A program made the translations under genes and the position numbers. From positions 1 through 59,596 of the forward strand of contig JBHLLP010000020.1 in NCBI GenBank assembly GCA_048885525.1: DNA of 59,596 nucleotides, in the 5' to 3' direction. The DNA is from Candidatus Hermodarchaeota archaeon. GTDB taxonomy: Archaea; Asgardarchaeota; Lokiarchaeia; Sigyniarchaeales; SOKP01. The notes under the pieces were generated by a model. It saw only the letters and a program-made list of their open reading frames with translations, had not been told where the DNA came from and searched no databases. Shown here piece by piece: positions 9,084 to 19,145 of this stretch. Position 1 is the stretch's first letter, and every line of letters begins with the position of its first letter.

Positions 9084-10979
9084 ATGAGGAGAAATAAATT
9101 AATAGAGTTAAGTGTAGTATTTGTTTTACTTTCTTTTATGTTACTAAATACTTCAATTCTTAGGCTTCCATTTCACAGGAAAGTACAAATTAACACCTAC
9201 AGAGAATTTTTTGTACCTAATACCTCAGGACCAAGCGATTTTATTTCAGTTTGGAATACAACAAAAGTAAGTTCAGGATCTAGTGGTAGTAATCAAGTGC
9301 ACTTACCACTCCAATCTAGTGGAACATATAATTTTACAGTAGATTGGGGCGATGAGAGTAATGATATAATCACGATATGGGATCAAGCTGCTGTCACACA
9401 CACTTACACTATTGAAGGTGTTTATACAATTAATATCACAGGAATCATCATAGGTTGGAGGTTTCAGAATGGAGGAGATAGATTGAAGATACTCGAAATA
9501 AAGCAATGGGGGATCTTATATTTGGGTAATTCGGGAAGTTATTTTTATGGATGCAAGAATTTAGAAATTACAGCTACTGACAATTTGAATTTAATAGGAA
9601 CTACAAATTTATTTTCTGCGTTTAAAGACTGCAAAAATCTAGGGAATAATGGCGATATGAATGGTTGGAATGTCTCGAATGTGACAGACATGTCTTACAT
9701 ATTTTCTGGTGCGTCTTCATTCAATCAACCCATAAGTAGTTGGGATGTTTCGAGTGTGACAGACATGGATAACATGTTTTCTCGTGCGTCTTCATTTAAT
9801 CAACCCATTGACATTTGGGATGTTTCTAACGTGATAGAAATGGATGGTATGTTTGCTGGTGCATCTTCTTTCAATCAAAATATCGGTAGCTGGGATATTT
9901 CGAACGTGAAAGATATTTTTTACATGTTTTACGGTGCATCTTCATTTAATCAAGATATCGGTAACTGGGATGTTTCAAGCGTGCCAGACATGTCTTATAT
10001 GTTTTATGGTGCGTCTTCATTTAATCAGGATATCGGTAGCTGGAATATTTCAAGCGTAACAGACACATCTTATATGTTTTATGATGCAACTTCCTTCAAC
10101 CAACCCATAAATAGCTGGGATGTGTCGAGCGTGATAGATATGTCTTATATGTTTCGTGGTGCATCTTCTTTCAACCAGCCCATAAATAGCTGGGATGTAT
10201 CGAATGTTAAGTTTATGTATAGCATGTTCCAGGATGCATTTTCCTTTGATCAAAATATCAGTAATTGGGATGTATCGAATGTTATGAGTATGTATAGCAT
10301 GTTCCGTGGCGCTTCTTCTTTTAATCAACCTATAAATAGTTGGGATGTATCGAGTGTAACAGACATATCTTTCATGTTTTATGATGCACCTTCTTTTAAC
10401 CAAGACATCGGCAACTGGAATGTTTCAAACGTAGCATACATGGATGGCATGTTTTATGGCGCATCCTCCTTTAATCAACCCATAAATAGCTGGGATGTAT
10501 CGAATGTTATGAGTATGTATAGCATGTTTCATGGCGCTTCTTCTTTTAATCAACCTATAAATAGCTGGGATGTATCGAATGTAGTAGACATGTCTTATAT
10601 GTTTTCTAATGCGTCTTCTTTTAACCAAGAGATTGGTAACTGGAATGTATCTAGTGTAATCGACATGTCTTACATGTTCTACAATGTCCTATTATCGATT
10701 TCTAATTATAATAGCTTGCTAATTAGCTGGTCACAGTTAACACTGCAAATAGGGGTAAACTTTCATGGAGGTGATTCACTTTATAGTGTGGGTGCTGCTG
10801 CTGATGCTAGAAATTATATTATAAATACTTACAATTGGACTATCCAAGATGGGGGACCAAAACCTGAAACATATCCTATCTTTGGCTATGAAATTCTAAC
10901 TTTGATCGGAATTAGCATTCTTGGTTTACTAATTGGTTTAGTTTTGTTTAAAAAGAGATCAGTCTCTCATAGGGAATAG
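9084..10979 (+). CDS. Surface protein with DUF285/PARCEL (BspA-like) repeats, PKD-like N-domain and C-terminal TM sorting signal
   Basis: Signal/TM N-terminus, VDWGD...HTY, 14 repeats of W(D/N)VSxVxxMxxMFxxAxSFNQxIxx, C-terminal IFGY + TM helix + KKR. Confidence 0.9.
   Translation: MRRNKLIELSVVFVLLSFMLLNTSILRLPFHRKVQINTYREFFVPNTSGPSDFISVWNTTKVSSGSSGSNQVHLPLQSSGTYNFTVDWGDESNDIITIWDQAAVTHTYTIEGVYTINITGIIIGWRFQNGGDRLKILEIKQWGILYLGNSGSYFYGCKNLEITATDNLNLIGTTNLFSAFKDCKNLGNNGDMNGWNVSNVTDMSYIFSGASSFNQPISSWDVSSVTDMDNMFSRASSFNQPIDIWDVSNVIEMDGMFAGASSFNQNIGSWDISNVKDIFYMFYGASSFNQDIGNWDVSSVPDMSYMFYGASSFNQDIGSWNISSVTDTSYMFYDATSFNQPINSWDVSSVIDMSYMFRGASSFNQPINSWDVSNVKFMYSMFQDAFSFDQNISNWDVSNVMSMYSMFRGASSFNQPINSWDVSSVTDISFMFYDAPSFNQDIGNWNVSNVAYMDGMFYGASSFNQPINSWDVSNVMSMYSMFHGASSFNQPINSWDVSNVVDMSYMFSNASSFNQEIGNWNVSSVIDMSYMFYNVLLSISNYNSLLISWSQLTLQIGVNFHGGDSLYSVGAAADARNYIINTYNWTIQDGGPKPETYPIFGYEILTLIGISILGLLIGLVLFKKRSVSHRE
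9666..10690 (+). repeat. Intragenic tandem repeat, 14 x 75 bp (25 aa)
   Basis: Trp codons recur every 75 nt from 9666 to 10641. Confidence 0.9.
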
Positions 10980-11143
10980 CTGTTAGATCATCTTAATTTC
11001 TTTTTTTTAGCACAATTTAATAGAATTTTTTTAAATTTATTATTTAAGTATAGAAATTTCCTGTTGTTCATTTCCATAGAATCTACTATTTTGAAGTGAG
11101 AAGAGCGCTGTAAAACACCCAAAATCCTTCTATTAATATTTAA

Positions 11144-12124
11144 TTATTTTAATTCAATTCTTAGTAAATCTTCAGCTAAAATAGTATTTGGAAAAATGTC
11201 TTTTGCTTCTTCTAGTAATTTTAGGGCATCTTCTTGATATCGTGAAGAAATATGAGTGAGAATCAATTGTTTAGCATTCATTTTTTTTGCATCATTTGCT
11301 GCGTCAATCGATGTAGAGTGTTTTTTATCTTTAGCTGTTTCTGCTAAGGCTTTTGCGAATGTTGCTTCATGAATTAAAATATCAGAATCTTTCCCTAAAT
11401 TTATTAGAGAGTCACTCGGTCTCATATCTCCTGAGTAAGTAATTTTTCTTCCTGGTCTTTTCGGACCAACAACTCCCTCTTTAACGGGATCAATTATTTT
11501 TCCATCAATTTCAATAGTTTCCCCTTCTTGGAGGATTTTCCAAAGATTACCTTCAGGAATGTTCAGTTCTTTTGCTCTAATTGGGTTAAACTTTCCATAA
11601 CGAGGTTTTTCAATAAAAGCATACGCATATGTAATAACTGAGTGCTCCACTAATGCATAATTTATGGAATAATATTTGGAATCGAAAATAATATTATCAC
11701 TTATTTTCATTGATTTTTTTGGTACTTCTGAATCTAATCCCTTGAACTCTATTAATTCATTATTTTGATGATCAATCTCAAAAATCGTAATAGGATACGT
11801 AGCTTTTAATCCGAGAATTCTTTTATGGAGATATAAATAATAAAAAAGATTTCTAGGCCCAAAAATCATCATCGGAGCGGTTCTATCATTTAAACTTAAT
11901 CGAAATAAGAATCCGGGGAGCCCTATAATATGATCTCCATGAAAATGTGTTATAAAGATTTTCAACGGTTTATTAAATTTTAAAGAAGCTTCAGCAAATT
12001 TACGTTGGAAATCTTCGCCACAATCAAATATTAAAGTCTGGTTTTTATATTTTACAGCAATAGACGATAAATTACGATTTTTAATGGGAATCGCAGCAGC
12101 GCTTCCTAAAATAATTAATTCCAT
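11144..12124 (-). CDS. rnz: Ribonuclease Z (tRNase Z)
   Basis: LGSAAAIP, FDCGE, THFHGDH, exosite GP region, YSGD, HEATF, HST, LTHISSRY. Confidence 0.95.
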   Translation of the reverse strand: MELIILGSAAAIPIKNRNLSSIAVKYKNQTLIFDCGEDFQRKFAEASLKFNKPLKIFITHFHGDHIIGLPGFLFRLSLNDRTAPMMIFGPRNLFYYLYLHKRILGLKATYPITIFEIDHQNNELIEFKGLDSEVPKKSMKISDNIIFDSKYYSINYALVEHSVITYAYAFIEKPRYGKFNPIRAKELNIPEGNLWKILQEGETIEIDGKIIDPVKEGVVGPKRPGRKITYSGDMRPSDSLINLGKDSDILIHEATFAKALAETAKDKKHSTSIDAANDAKKMNAKQLILTHISSRYQEDALKLLEEAKDIFPNTILAEDLLRIELK

Positions 12125-12131
12125 AGTAAAT

Positions 12132-13448
12132 TTAGATTTTTTTTCTTAAATGAGAAATCTCTATTCTTTGTTCATTAGTAAGTTTTCTAAGATGATCAAC
12201 TTTATTCTTAAGCTCTCTCACTCTTAATGTTAAATCGGGATCCTCCCTCTTGGGTTGAATTTGTGTTTGGATAGTAAGTGTATCTAACTGGCGTTGTAAT
12301 TCACTGAGTTTTTGATCTTTTATTTTAGATTGATTTTCTAATTGTCTGTATTTTGCTTTTATCTGTACTGCCTCATTTTTGATTGTTTCAATTTCACCTT
12401 CTTTTGTTTCTAGTTGTTTTTTTAGAAAAATTGCCATTTCTCTTTGCATTTTTAATTTACCTTCCAGTTCTTTTTGTGTATTACCCGATTCTGTTGATGT
12501 GCCCGATTTATATATTTTTAGTTGCTCTTGAAGTGATTGAATCTGTAATTTAGATCTATTTAATTTATTTTGGAGATCTTCTTTTAATGCCTTTATCATG
12601 TCATCAGAAGGACTTTCAATTTGATCAATTTTTACAGCATTATCTGCTTTTTGTAAAGATAAAATATCATTTTCTAATTTTTTAATTTCCTTGTCTTTTC
12701 TTTCAAGATTCTCTTTCAGTATAATTATTTCTTTGTTAAAATCGGTAGATTTCAAATTATCTAATTCTTCTTTTTCACTTTCTTTATTAGATTTTTCAAG
12801 CTTTTGTTTTAATTCAACCACTTGTCTTTTAGCTTTAGTTAATTGGTTTTGAAGATCTTCAATTAATTTTTTAGTTATTGAATCGCTAGTTTTATCACCT
12901 GAATAAGAACCTAGGTATTTAAGTTTTTCATTTAAATCTGAGATTTCATTTCTTAAAATTTCAATTTCTTTGTCTTTTTGATTTAATTTTTCACTTAAAT
13001 CTTCACTACTAGCACTTTTAGACATTAATCTGTTAATTATTGATCGTTGTTTATTCACTTCTTCTTGTAAATCTTTTACCAATACATTGAGAGGTGATTT
13101 ACTTCTTAAATCTTCAACTCTAATAACAGATGAGTTTTTTTTTGTTTTTAATCTTTCTAATTCTTGTTGTAACTGAACTTTTTCTTTTCTTAAAAAGCCC
13201 ATATTATTTTTTAAATCCCGTATTTGTCTATCTTTTTCTTCGAGTTCATAAGCAAATCTAGATTCTGCAGCTAGTATTTTTTTGCTTTTCTTTGTTGCTC
13301 CTTCTTCTAATTTTTTAAGATTCTCTAATTCTATAATTTTATCTTGGAGTTCTTCAATGATATCATCAAGATGTTCGATCTCTTGATTTTTTTTCTCCAG
13401 TTCTAACTTTAATTCTCTGATTTTATTTCTTAAAGCATCTTCAGTCAT
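12132..13448 (-). CDS. Long coiled-coil protein, function unknown
   Basis: 438 aa, K/E/L/Q-rich heptads throughout; no ATPase motifs. Confidence 0.75.
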   Translation of the reverse strand: MTEDALRNKIRELKLELEKKNQEIEHLDDIIEELQDKIIELENLKKLEEGATKKSKKILAAESRFAYELEEKDRQIRDLKNNMGFLRKEKVQLQQELERLKTKKNSSVIRVEDLRSKSPLNVLVKDLQEEVNKQRSIINRLMSKSASSEDLSEKLNQKDKEIEILRNEISDLNEKLKYLGSYSGDKTSDSITKKLIEDLQNQLTKAKRQVVELKQKLEKSNKESEKEELDNLKSTDFNKEIIILKENLERKDKEIKKLENDILSLQKADNAVKIDQIESPSDDMIKALKEDLQNKLNRSKLQIQSLQEQLKIYKSGTSTESGNTQKELEGKLKMQREMAIFLKKQLETKEGEIETIKNEAVQIKAKYRQLENQSKIKDQKLSELQRQLDTLTIQTQIQPKREDPDLTLRVRELKNKVDHLRKLTNEQRIEISHLRKKI

Positions 13449-13564
13449 TGAGAAGAAACACCATTTTATTAGAAATTAATTTATTAATAAAATTTTAGAA
13501 ATTAAAATTTAACCTATTAATTTCGTATCTATATTATCATTTTCTAATAATCTAAAAAAATATA

Positions 13565-15472
13565 TTAATACATATTAAAATCTTTGATAGAAAAGTTATT
13601 AATTTTTTTAATAATCGGAAAAAGGCTTAGAAAATTAAAGAATATAAAAATAACAAATAAACTCAAGAAAACAATAAATGGAATATATAGGGGGGGTAAA
13701 TAGACTCGATTAAACAAAAATAAAGAATTAATTATCATTCCTATTCCTAAACTTAAAAGTAACGATGGTAATAATACAAAGATAGACTCTAAAAATAGAA
13801 TAGATTTCAATGATCTAGTTTTTGAGCCAAGTGCACGCATAATAAGAAAATCTTTTGCTTTCTCCATTATCCCTGCCTTCTGATAGTTGTATAAGGATAA
13901 TATAGTTAACATTGAAATCACTACAATTAATGACAATGGGTAGATCGATAAATTGTTTAAGTAATTGATATTGATTTTAAATATTTCATCTAATTTAATA
14001 TACGTGAAGTTATCACCGATATTATTCGATACATTCTCAAGTGTATTTTTTATTCCATTAAATGAACCAGCTTCTAGTTTCAGGGATACAAGATTGATTT
14101 CTGTTGTTAAATTAAGTGCTTGCTGAATAATATCCAATCCTACATAACCTGCCCATCCAGAATAAAAGCTATCAATAACAACTCCACTAATGTGGAATAT
14201 TGACCCCAGAGATGTAATTACTAAACTCTGATCTAATGCATATTCGAAAAAATTGTAAGCTAAACTATCTCCAATAGTCATATTATCGTAAGCATCTTCT
14301 TCTGTAAAGAATCTCCCCTCAGTTTCAAAATTTTGAATAATACTATCAGGTTTAACTCCAATAATGGGAATATTACCTTTTCTATGCTGACCTACAACTA
14401 TATATGAATCATCTTCACGAATATGAATCCCAGGAACTTCTTCTACATTATAAAAATTAATTAATCTTTCATCTATTTTTTCAATTTCATCGATTGTATA
14501 TAACTCACTCACATCACTCAAATTGAATAAATAATTTGAGGATAAAAAGTTAATATTAGAATCGTCTACTAAAAGTAATGGATCAGAAAACATTTTATAC
14601 ATTAAAGAATAGTTATAGATAACATCTCGATGTCCAATTATTACTATATTTTCACCTTGGGATTTATTAATCCATTCTTGAGATGATATTCTTAATATAA
14701 TTGTCCCCAAACCTAACGTAAAGATCACTAGTCCAATTACAGAAAATAAGATTATATATCGCTTAAATTCTCCTTTTTTCCGTAATGTATTAACTACAGC
14801 GATTTTGATATTAAATCCTATTGAGATTAACCATTTTGGGATAAATTTTATTTGTTTAGATGCATCATAATTATAAGGTATATCCTTTGAGAACGTATTA
14901 ATTATGGTCTGTTTTCCAATTTTTCTTAATGTATATCCAGTTATAAAAAATATTCCTATAATACAAGAAAAAAACAAAATTGGGGTATATATTAAATCTA
15001 TTTGAAATGAAAAGTGAAAATTAAAAAAAGACATAATTAAAGCAAATATCACATAAACTATTAATCCTAAAATTAATCCAAATAAAAATCCAATAAAGTA
15101 TAGAATATATGCTTCGAGTAAGTAAAAACTATATAATTTTCTGGGGAGTGTACCTAAGGATTTCATAATCGCAATATCCCTTTTTTTAGAAATAACCAGA
15201 GTAGTTGTAACAGTTACTACAATCGCAACTGTTAATGATATTAATAATATTTGAATTAATAAATTGAATTGCTTATAGATTGAATTAATTCCTCCAGAGA
15301 AATAAAATTTATTAATAAAAGTAGTTGGAATGAATATGTTTAAACCTATAGATGATGTAAAATAAATTAAAAACTCTGTAAGAGCAATAATAATTATTAT
15401 TATCAGTAGAAATGGAAGATTTGAATGCCTTTTCCTATAAAGGTCTTTAAAAGCAAAATCAAGTGAAGTCAT
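13565..15472 (-). CDS. ABC transporter permease, FtsX/MacB/LolE family (duplicated TM module)
   Basis: KKRDIAIMKSLG and KDFLIMRALG motifs, large extracellular loop with EGRFF; adjacent to the ATPase gene. Confidence 0.85.
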   Translation of the reverse strand: MTSLDFAFKDLYRKRHSNLPFLLIIIIIIALTEFLIYFTSSIGLNIFIPTTFINKFYFSGGINSIYKQFNLLIQILLISLTVAIVVTVTTTLVISKKRDIAIMKSLGTLPRKLYSFYLLEAYILYFIGFLFGLILGLIVYVIFALIMSFFNFHFSFQIDLIYTPILFFSCIIGIFFITGYTLRKIGKQTIINTFSKDIPYNYDASKQIKFIPKWLISIGFNIKIAVVNTLRKKGEFKRYIILFSVIGLVIFTLGLGTIILRISSQEWINKSQGENIVIIGHRDVIYNYSLMYKMFSDPLLLVDDSNINFLSSNYLFNLSDVSELYTIDEIEKIDERLINFYNVEEVPGIHIREDDSYIVVGQHRKGNIPIIGVKPDSIIQNFETEGRFFTEEDAYDNMTIGDSLAYNFFEYALDQSLVITSLGSIFHISGVVIDSFYSGWAGYVGLDIIQQALNLTTEINLVSLKLEAGSFNGIKNTLENVSNNIGDNFTYIKLDEIFKININYLNNLSIYPLSLIVVISMLTILSLYNYQKAGIMEKAKDFLIMRALGSKTRSLKSILFLESIFVLLPSLLLSLGIGMIINSLFLFNRVYLPPLYIPFIVFLSLFVIFIFFNFLSLFPIIKKINNFSIKDFNMY

Positions 15473-15487
15473 TTTGATTTTTAATTC

Positions 15488-16285
15488 CTAATCTGCTGTT
15501 TTAGTTTTGATTTCTTCTTCAATAATTTTTCCATCATCAAAAGAGATAATTCTATCGGCTAAATTTATTAAATAATCATCGTGAGTTGCAACAATAATTG
15601 TTCTAATATTATTTTTTAAGTCGCTAAAAAGATCTCTAATTAATTTGCTACTTTGCTTATCCAAATTTGCTGTTGGTTCATCAGCAATAATCATAGGCGG
15701 ATCATTTGCTAACGCTCTTGCTATGGCTACTCTTTGTTGTTCTCCCGCAGATAATTGAAAGGGTAGATGCTCCCTTCGATCTTTAAGACCCATTTTTATC
15801 AATAATTCTGTTGCACGTTCTCTTTGTATTTTAAACTCGATACCTGAAAGATTCATAGGAAACATAACGTTTTCTTCAGCAGTAAGTGTACTTATGAGAT
15901 TATAATTTTGAAATATAAAACCAGAATTCAATAATCGCCAGGTTGTTAAAGATTCTTCTTCCATATCTGAGATTTTAACTCCAAAGTTGTATATTACTCC
16001 TTTATTTGGGGAATCTAATCCTCCTAATAGATTTAGTAATGAGGTCTTACCAGCACCGCTAGGACCTTTAATAACTAAAAATTCTCCATTTTTTATTAAG
16101 AGGGATATATTATCAACAGCTCGAACTATAAAGTCCCCAATCTCATAATCCTTAAATATTCCTTCACAAATAATCGCATATTTACTACTGATATTTTTTG
16201 AGAGACTATCTTCTGACATTTTTTCATAATCTTCTATTGAACTTTCTTGATTTGTATCCTCCGAATAATTTTCTTTTTCTGGCAC
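15488..16285 (-). CDS. ABC transporter ATP-binding protein, LolD/MacB family
   Basis: Walker A GPSGAGKT, Q-loop FQNYNL, signature LSAGEQQR, Walker B IIADEPT, H-switch ATHD. Confidence 0.93.
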   Translation of the reverse strand: MPEKENYSEDTNQESSIEDYEKMSEDSLSKNISSKYAIICEGIFKDYEIGDFIVRAVDNISLLIKNGEFLVIKGPSGAGKTSLLNLLGGLDSPNKGVIYNFGVKISDMEEESLTTWRLLNSGFIFQNYNLISTLTAEENVMFPMNLSGIEFKIQRERATELLIKMGLKDRREHLPFQLSAGEQQRVAIARALANDPPMIIADEPTANLDKQSSKLIRDLFSDLKNNIRTIIVATHDDYLINLADRIISFDDGKIIEEEIKTKTAD

Positions 16286-16841
16286 GATTTTTATAATAAT
16301 TATTTATTTATATTTTTAGTGCCAATATAAGTTAATCACTTTAATATCTTAAAAGTCGATTAATAATTGGATTAATCCCGATAGAAAAAAACAATCAAAT
16401 TTGTATTATAAATTTAGTATTCAATGTTTCATAAATATTATAACCTAAGATCTATTCTAAAATAATCTTTTTTTAATCAATTTATTACAATAGAGAGAGA
16501 ATTTTTAGAATGTTAGTACATAATTAAATTAAATTTAAATATTAAAGAATCATACTTATACCCTAGAGGGAAGATTGAGAAAATACAAATAATATCCCCT
16601 AAAATTACACAATTCGAATAATTGAGGAAATTTCCTAATTAAAATGGTAACTATCTAAATTTTATGAAATCTTAGACTTTTAAGATTTTACTTTTTCTCA
16701 TCTCCCTCGCTCTCTTTTTATATTTTGTTATCAGTATAATTTTAATGTGTTTATATTTTTATTAAAATAAGATTTAAAGGATAATTTTAATTTATTTTAA
16801 TAATATTTACTGATAGATTTTATTAAAGGAAAGAGATTTTT

Positions 16842-17474
16842 ATGGATTTTGAAGATCTGACAGAATTAGTAATTGAATTGGAAGTTGATGATATTGCGGA
16901 TGCTGTAAAAGAAGCATTAAATGAAGGTAAGGATGCTTTTGATATATTGGATTCTTTGACAAAAGGAATGGAAGAAGTAGGTCGTCGTTATGAGGAAAAA
17001 GAATACTATTTAACAGAACTTGTTCTTGCTGGAGAAACTATGAAAGAAGCTTTTGCTGTTTTGAAGCCAATATTGGCTGCTGCTGATAAATCAGAAGATA
17101 AGGTGAAGATAATTTTGGCTACAGTAAAGGGGGATAATCATGATATAGGAAAGAATATACTAGGATCTCTTCTCTTGAGTTCTGGTTTCGAACTTTACGA
17201 TTTAGGGATGGATGTTGATGAAAATACTATAATTGAAAAAGTTAAAGAAACTGGAGCTACAATTGTCGCTTTAAGTTCTTTATTAACCATGACAGTAGAA
17301 CATATTAAAGTTGTTCATGAAGCCTTAAAAAATGCAGGAATACGTGACAAGGTTAAATTAATTGTTGGTGGTGCTCCTTTAAATAAGGAACTTGCGAAAA
17401 GACTTGGAGCTGATGATTTTGCTGACGATGCTGTTGAAGGTGTAAAACATATCAAAAGACTAGCTGGAATTTAA
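16842..17474 (+). CDS. Methyltransferase-system corrinoid protein (MtaC/MttC/MtbC-like)
   Basis: N-terminal cap domain (GMEEVGRRYE) and B12 motif DNHDIGKN...SSLLT...VGGAP. Confidence 0.92.
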   Translation: MDFEDLTELVIELEVDDIADAVKEALNEGKDAFDILDSLTKGMEEVGRRYEEKEYYLTELVLAGETMKEAFAVLKPILAAADKSEDKVKIILATVKGDNHDIGKNILGSLLLSSGFELYDLGMDVDENTIIEKVKETGATIVALSSLLTMTVEHIKVVHEALKNAGIRDKVKLIVGGAPLNKELAKRLGADDFADDAVEGVKHIKRLAGI

Positions 17475-17681
17475 TAAAAATTATCTATAAATTCTTCTTT
17501 TTTACTATCTAAATTTTAGAGATTTATAAAATATAACCTTATTTTTTTATGGATTTTATAGAATGTTTCTTACTTGGATTAAAATATATTAAATTATAAT
17601 AAGAAGATTTATACTCTTTTTGAATCGTTTATATCTCAAGGAATATTAATATAATAGAATCCTATTAAAGAGGTTTTTAAA

Positions 17682-17936
17682 TTGAGTCAAAAGGAAAAAG
17701 AAGGAATTGTAATTGATAAAGAATTAGATACACGTGGTTTATTCTGTCCCGAACCTTTATTTGAGGTAAGGAATTTAAGTGAAACTCTTAGTGTGGGACA
17801 ATGCTTTAAAGTTATTGCTGATGATCCTGCTGCTGAAGAAGATCTCAAAAGATGGGCAAAAAGAACTGATACTAAGGTAGTGGAATTTAATAAAGATGGC
17901 GATGATCTAATATTTGTATTTAAGAAATTGAAATGA
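17682..17936 (+). CDS. tusA: TusA/SirA-family sulfur carrier
   Basis: LDTRGLFCPEP, ADDPAAEEDLKRW. Confidence 0.9.
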   Translation: MSQKEKEGIVIDKELDTRGLFCPEPLFEVRNLSETLSVGQCFKVIADDPAAEEDLKRWAKRTDTKVVEFNKDGDDLIFVFKKLK

Positions 17937-17954
17937 AAAAATGAGGAATAGAAG

Positions 17955-19145
17955 ATGAGTGTCTATTTAGATTACCAAGCAGCAAAACCAGTGGATCCAC
18001 GTGTATTTGAAGCTATGAAACCATATTTCACTCAGGAATTTGGCAATCCATCTTCATTACATAATTACGGATATAATGCTACTAATTCATTAGAGGAAGC
18101 TCGAAGTAAAATTGCTAAATTTGTTAATACTCCAGATCCAGACAATATCATTTTTACTTCTGGGGCTACAGAGTCAAATAATTTAGGAATAATTGGGGCT
18201 GCCTTAAGAAATAAAAGAAAAGGTAATCATATCATAATCTCAGAAATTGAGCATATTTCGATATTAAATATTGGTAAATATTTAGAGAGAGAAGGGTTTA
18301 GAGTGAGCAGAGTCCCTGTAGATCAATTTGGTATTATTAATTTCAATAAATTAGAACGCTTAATAACTGATGAGACAATTTTAATCTCAATTTCCATAGC
18401 TAGTAATGAAATTGGGTCACTCCAACCTGTGGAAAAAATCGTAGAACTTGCTCAAAAGAAGAACATCTGGTTTCATTCTGATGCTGTTGCTAGTGAAAGT
18501 ACAATCCCTATTGACGTTCAAAAAGTTTCTTTTGATTTGTTGACCTTGTCTTCAAATGATATTTATGGACCAAGAGGCGTAGGAGCATTATATCTTAAAA
18601 AAGGAGTGAGAGTAAATCCAGTTATTATTGGGGGAGGTCAGGAGAAGGGAATGAGATCTGGATCTGAAAATATGCCCGGGATAGTAGGATTTGCTAAAGC
18701 AGCTGAAATAATGAGAGCAGAAATAAGTGAGGAAGCAGCAAGATTAAAAATTCTTAGGGATAAATTAATTAGGGAAGTTTTAAAAATACCTAAATCATAT
18801 TTAAATGGGCATCCTGAGAAAAGGACGCCCCATAATGCTAATTTCCGGTTTGATTATATTGAAGGCGAATCATTACTTCTCTCCTTAAAGGATGAGAAAG
18901 TGGAGGTGGCAACAGGTTCCGCTTGTTCTTCAAAGACTCTAGAACCTTCACATACCCTTATCTCGTGTGGTTTATTACATGAGGAAGCACATGGGAGTTT
19001 ACTTCTAACTTTAGGGAGATTTACAGAAGAAAAAGATATAGATAAAATTATCGAAGTATTACCCGGAATAGTAAGAAAATTAAGAATATTATCACCACTT
19101 ACGCCTTCTGATTTATTAAAAAAATTAAAAGAGGAGGAAAATTAA
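17955..19145 (+). CDS. iscS: Cysteine desulfurase (IscS/NifS type)
   Basis: YLDYQA, GNPSS, FTSGATESNN, YGPRGVGAL, RSGSEN, catalytic loop GSACSS, EPSH. The PLP-lysine region reads SSNDIYGP instead of SxHKxxGP. Confidence 0.85.
   Translation: MSVYLDYQAAKPVDPRVFEAMKPYFTQEFGNPSSLHNYGYNATNSLEEARSKIAKFVNTPDPDNIIFTSGATESNNLGIIGAALRNKRKGNHIIISEIEHISILNIGKYLEREGFRVSRVPVDQFGIINFNKLERLITDETILISISIASNEIGSLQPVEKIVELAQKKNIWFHSDAVASESTIPIDVQKVSFDLLTLSSNDIYGPRGVGALYLKKGVRVNPVIIGGGQEKGMRSGSENMPGIVGFAKAAEIMRAEISEEAARLKILRDKLIREVLKIPKSYLNGHPEKRTPHNANFRFDYIEGESLLLSLKDEKVEVATGSACSSKTLEPSHTLISCGLLHEEAHGSLLLTLGRFTEEKDIDKIIEVLPGIVRKLRILSPLTPSDLLKKLKEEEN

Noticed and set aside
9303-10628. Minus-strand ORFs with repeated RYIPAIY motifs
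   Set aside because: Antisense reading of the 75-bp PARCEL repeats.
9666-10690. Possible CRISPR array or DGR template/variable repeat
   Set aside because: Repeats are in-frame and degenerate, with no unique spacers, no cas or reverse transcriptase gene, and no adenine-specific mismatch pattern.
12132-13448. SMC/Rad50 or ESCRT-III assignment for the coiled-coil protein
   Set aside because: No Walker motifs, hinge or zinc hook, and no Snf7-like size or pattern.
16286-16841. Canonical cobalamin riboswitch upstream of the corrinoid protein
   Set aside because: No B12-box or GCCACTG-type conserved elements visible; only a generic structured element is reported.
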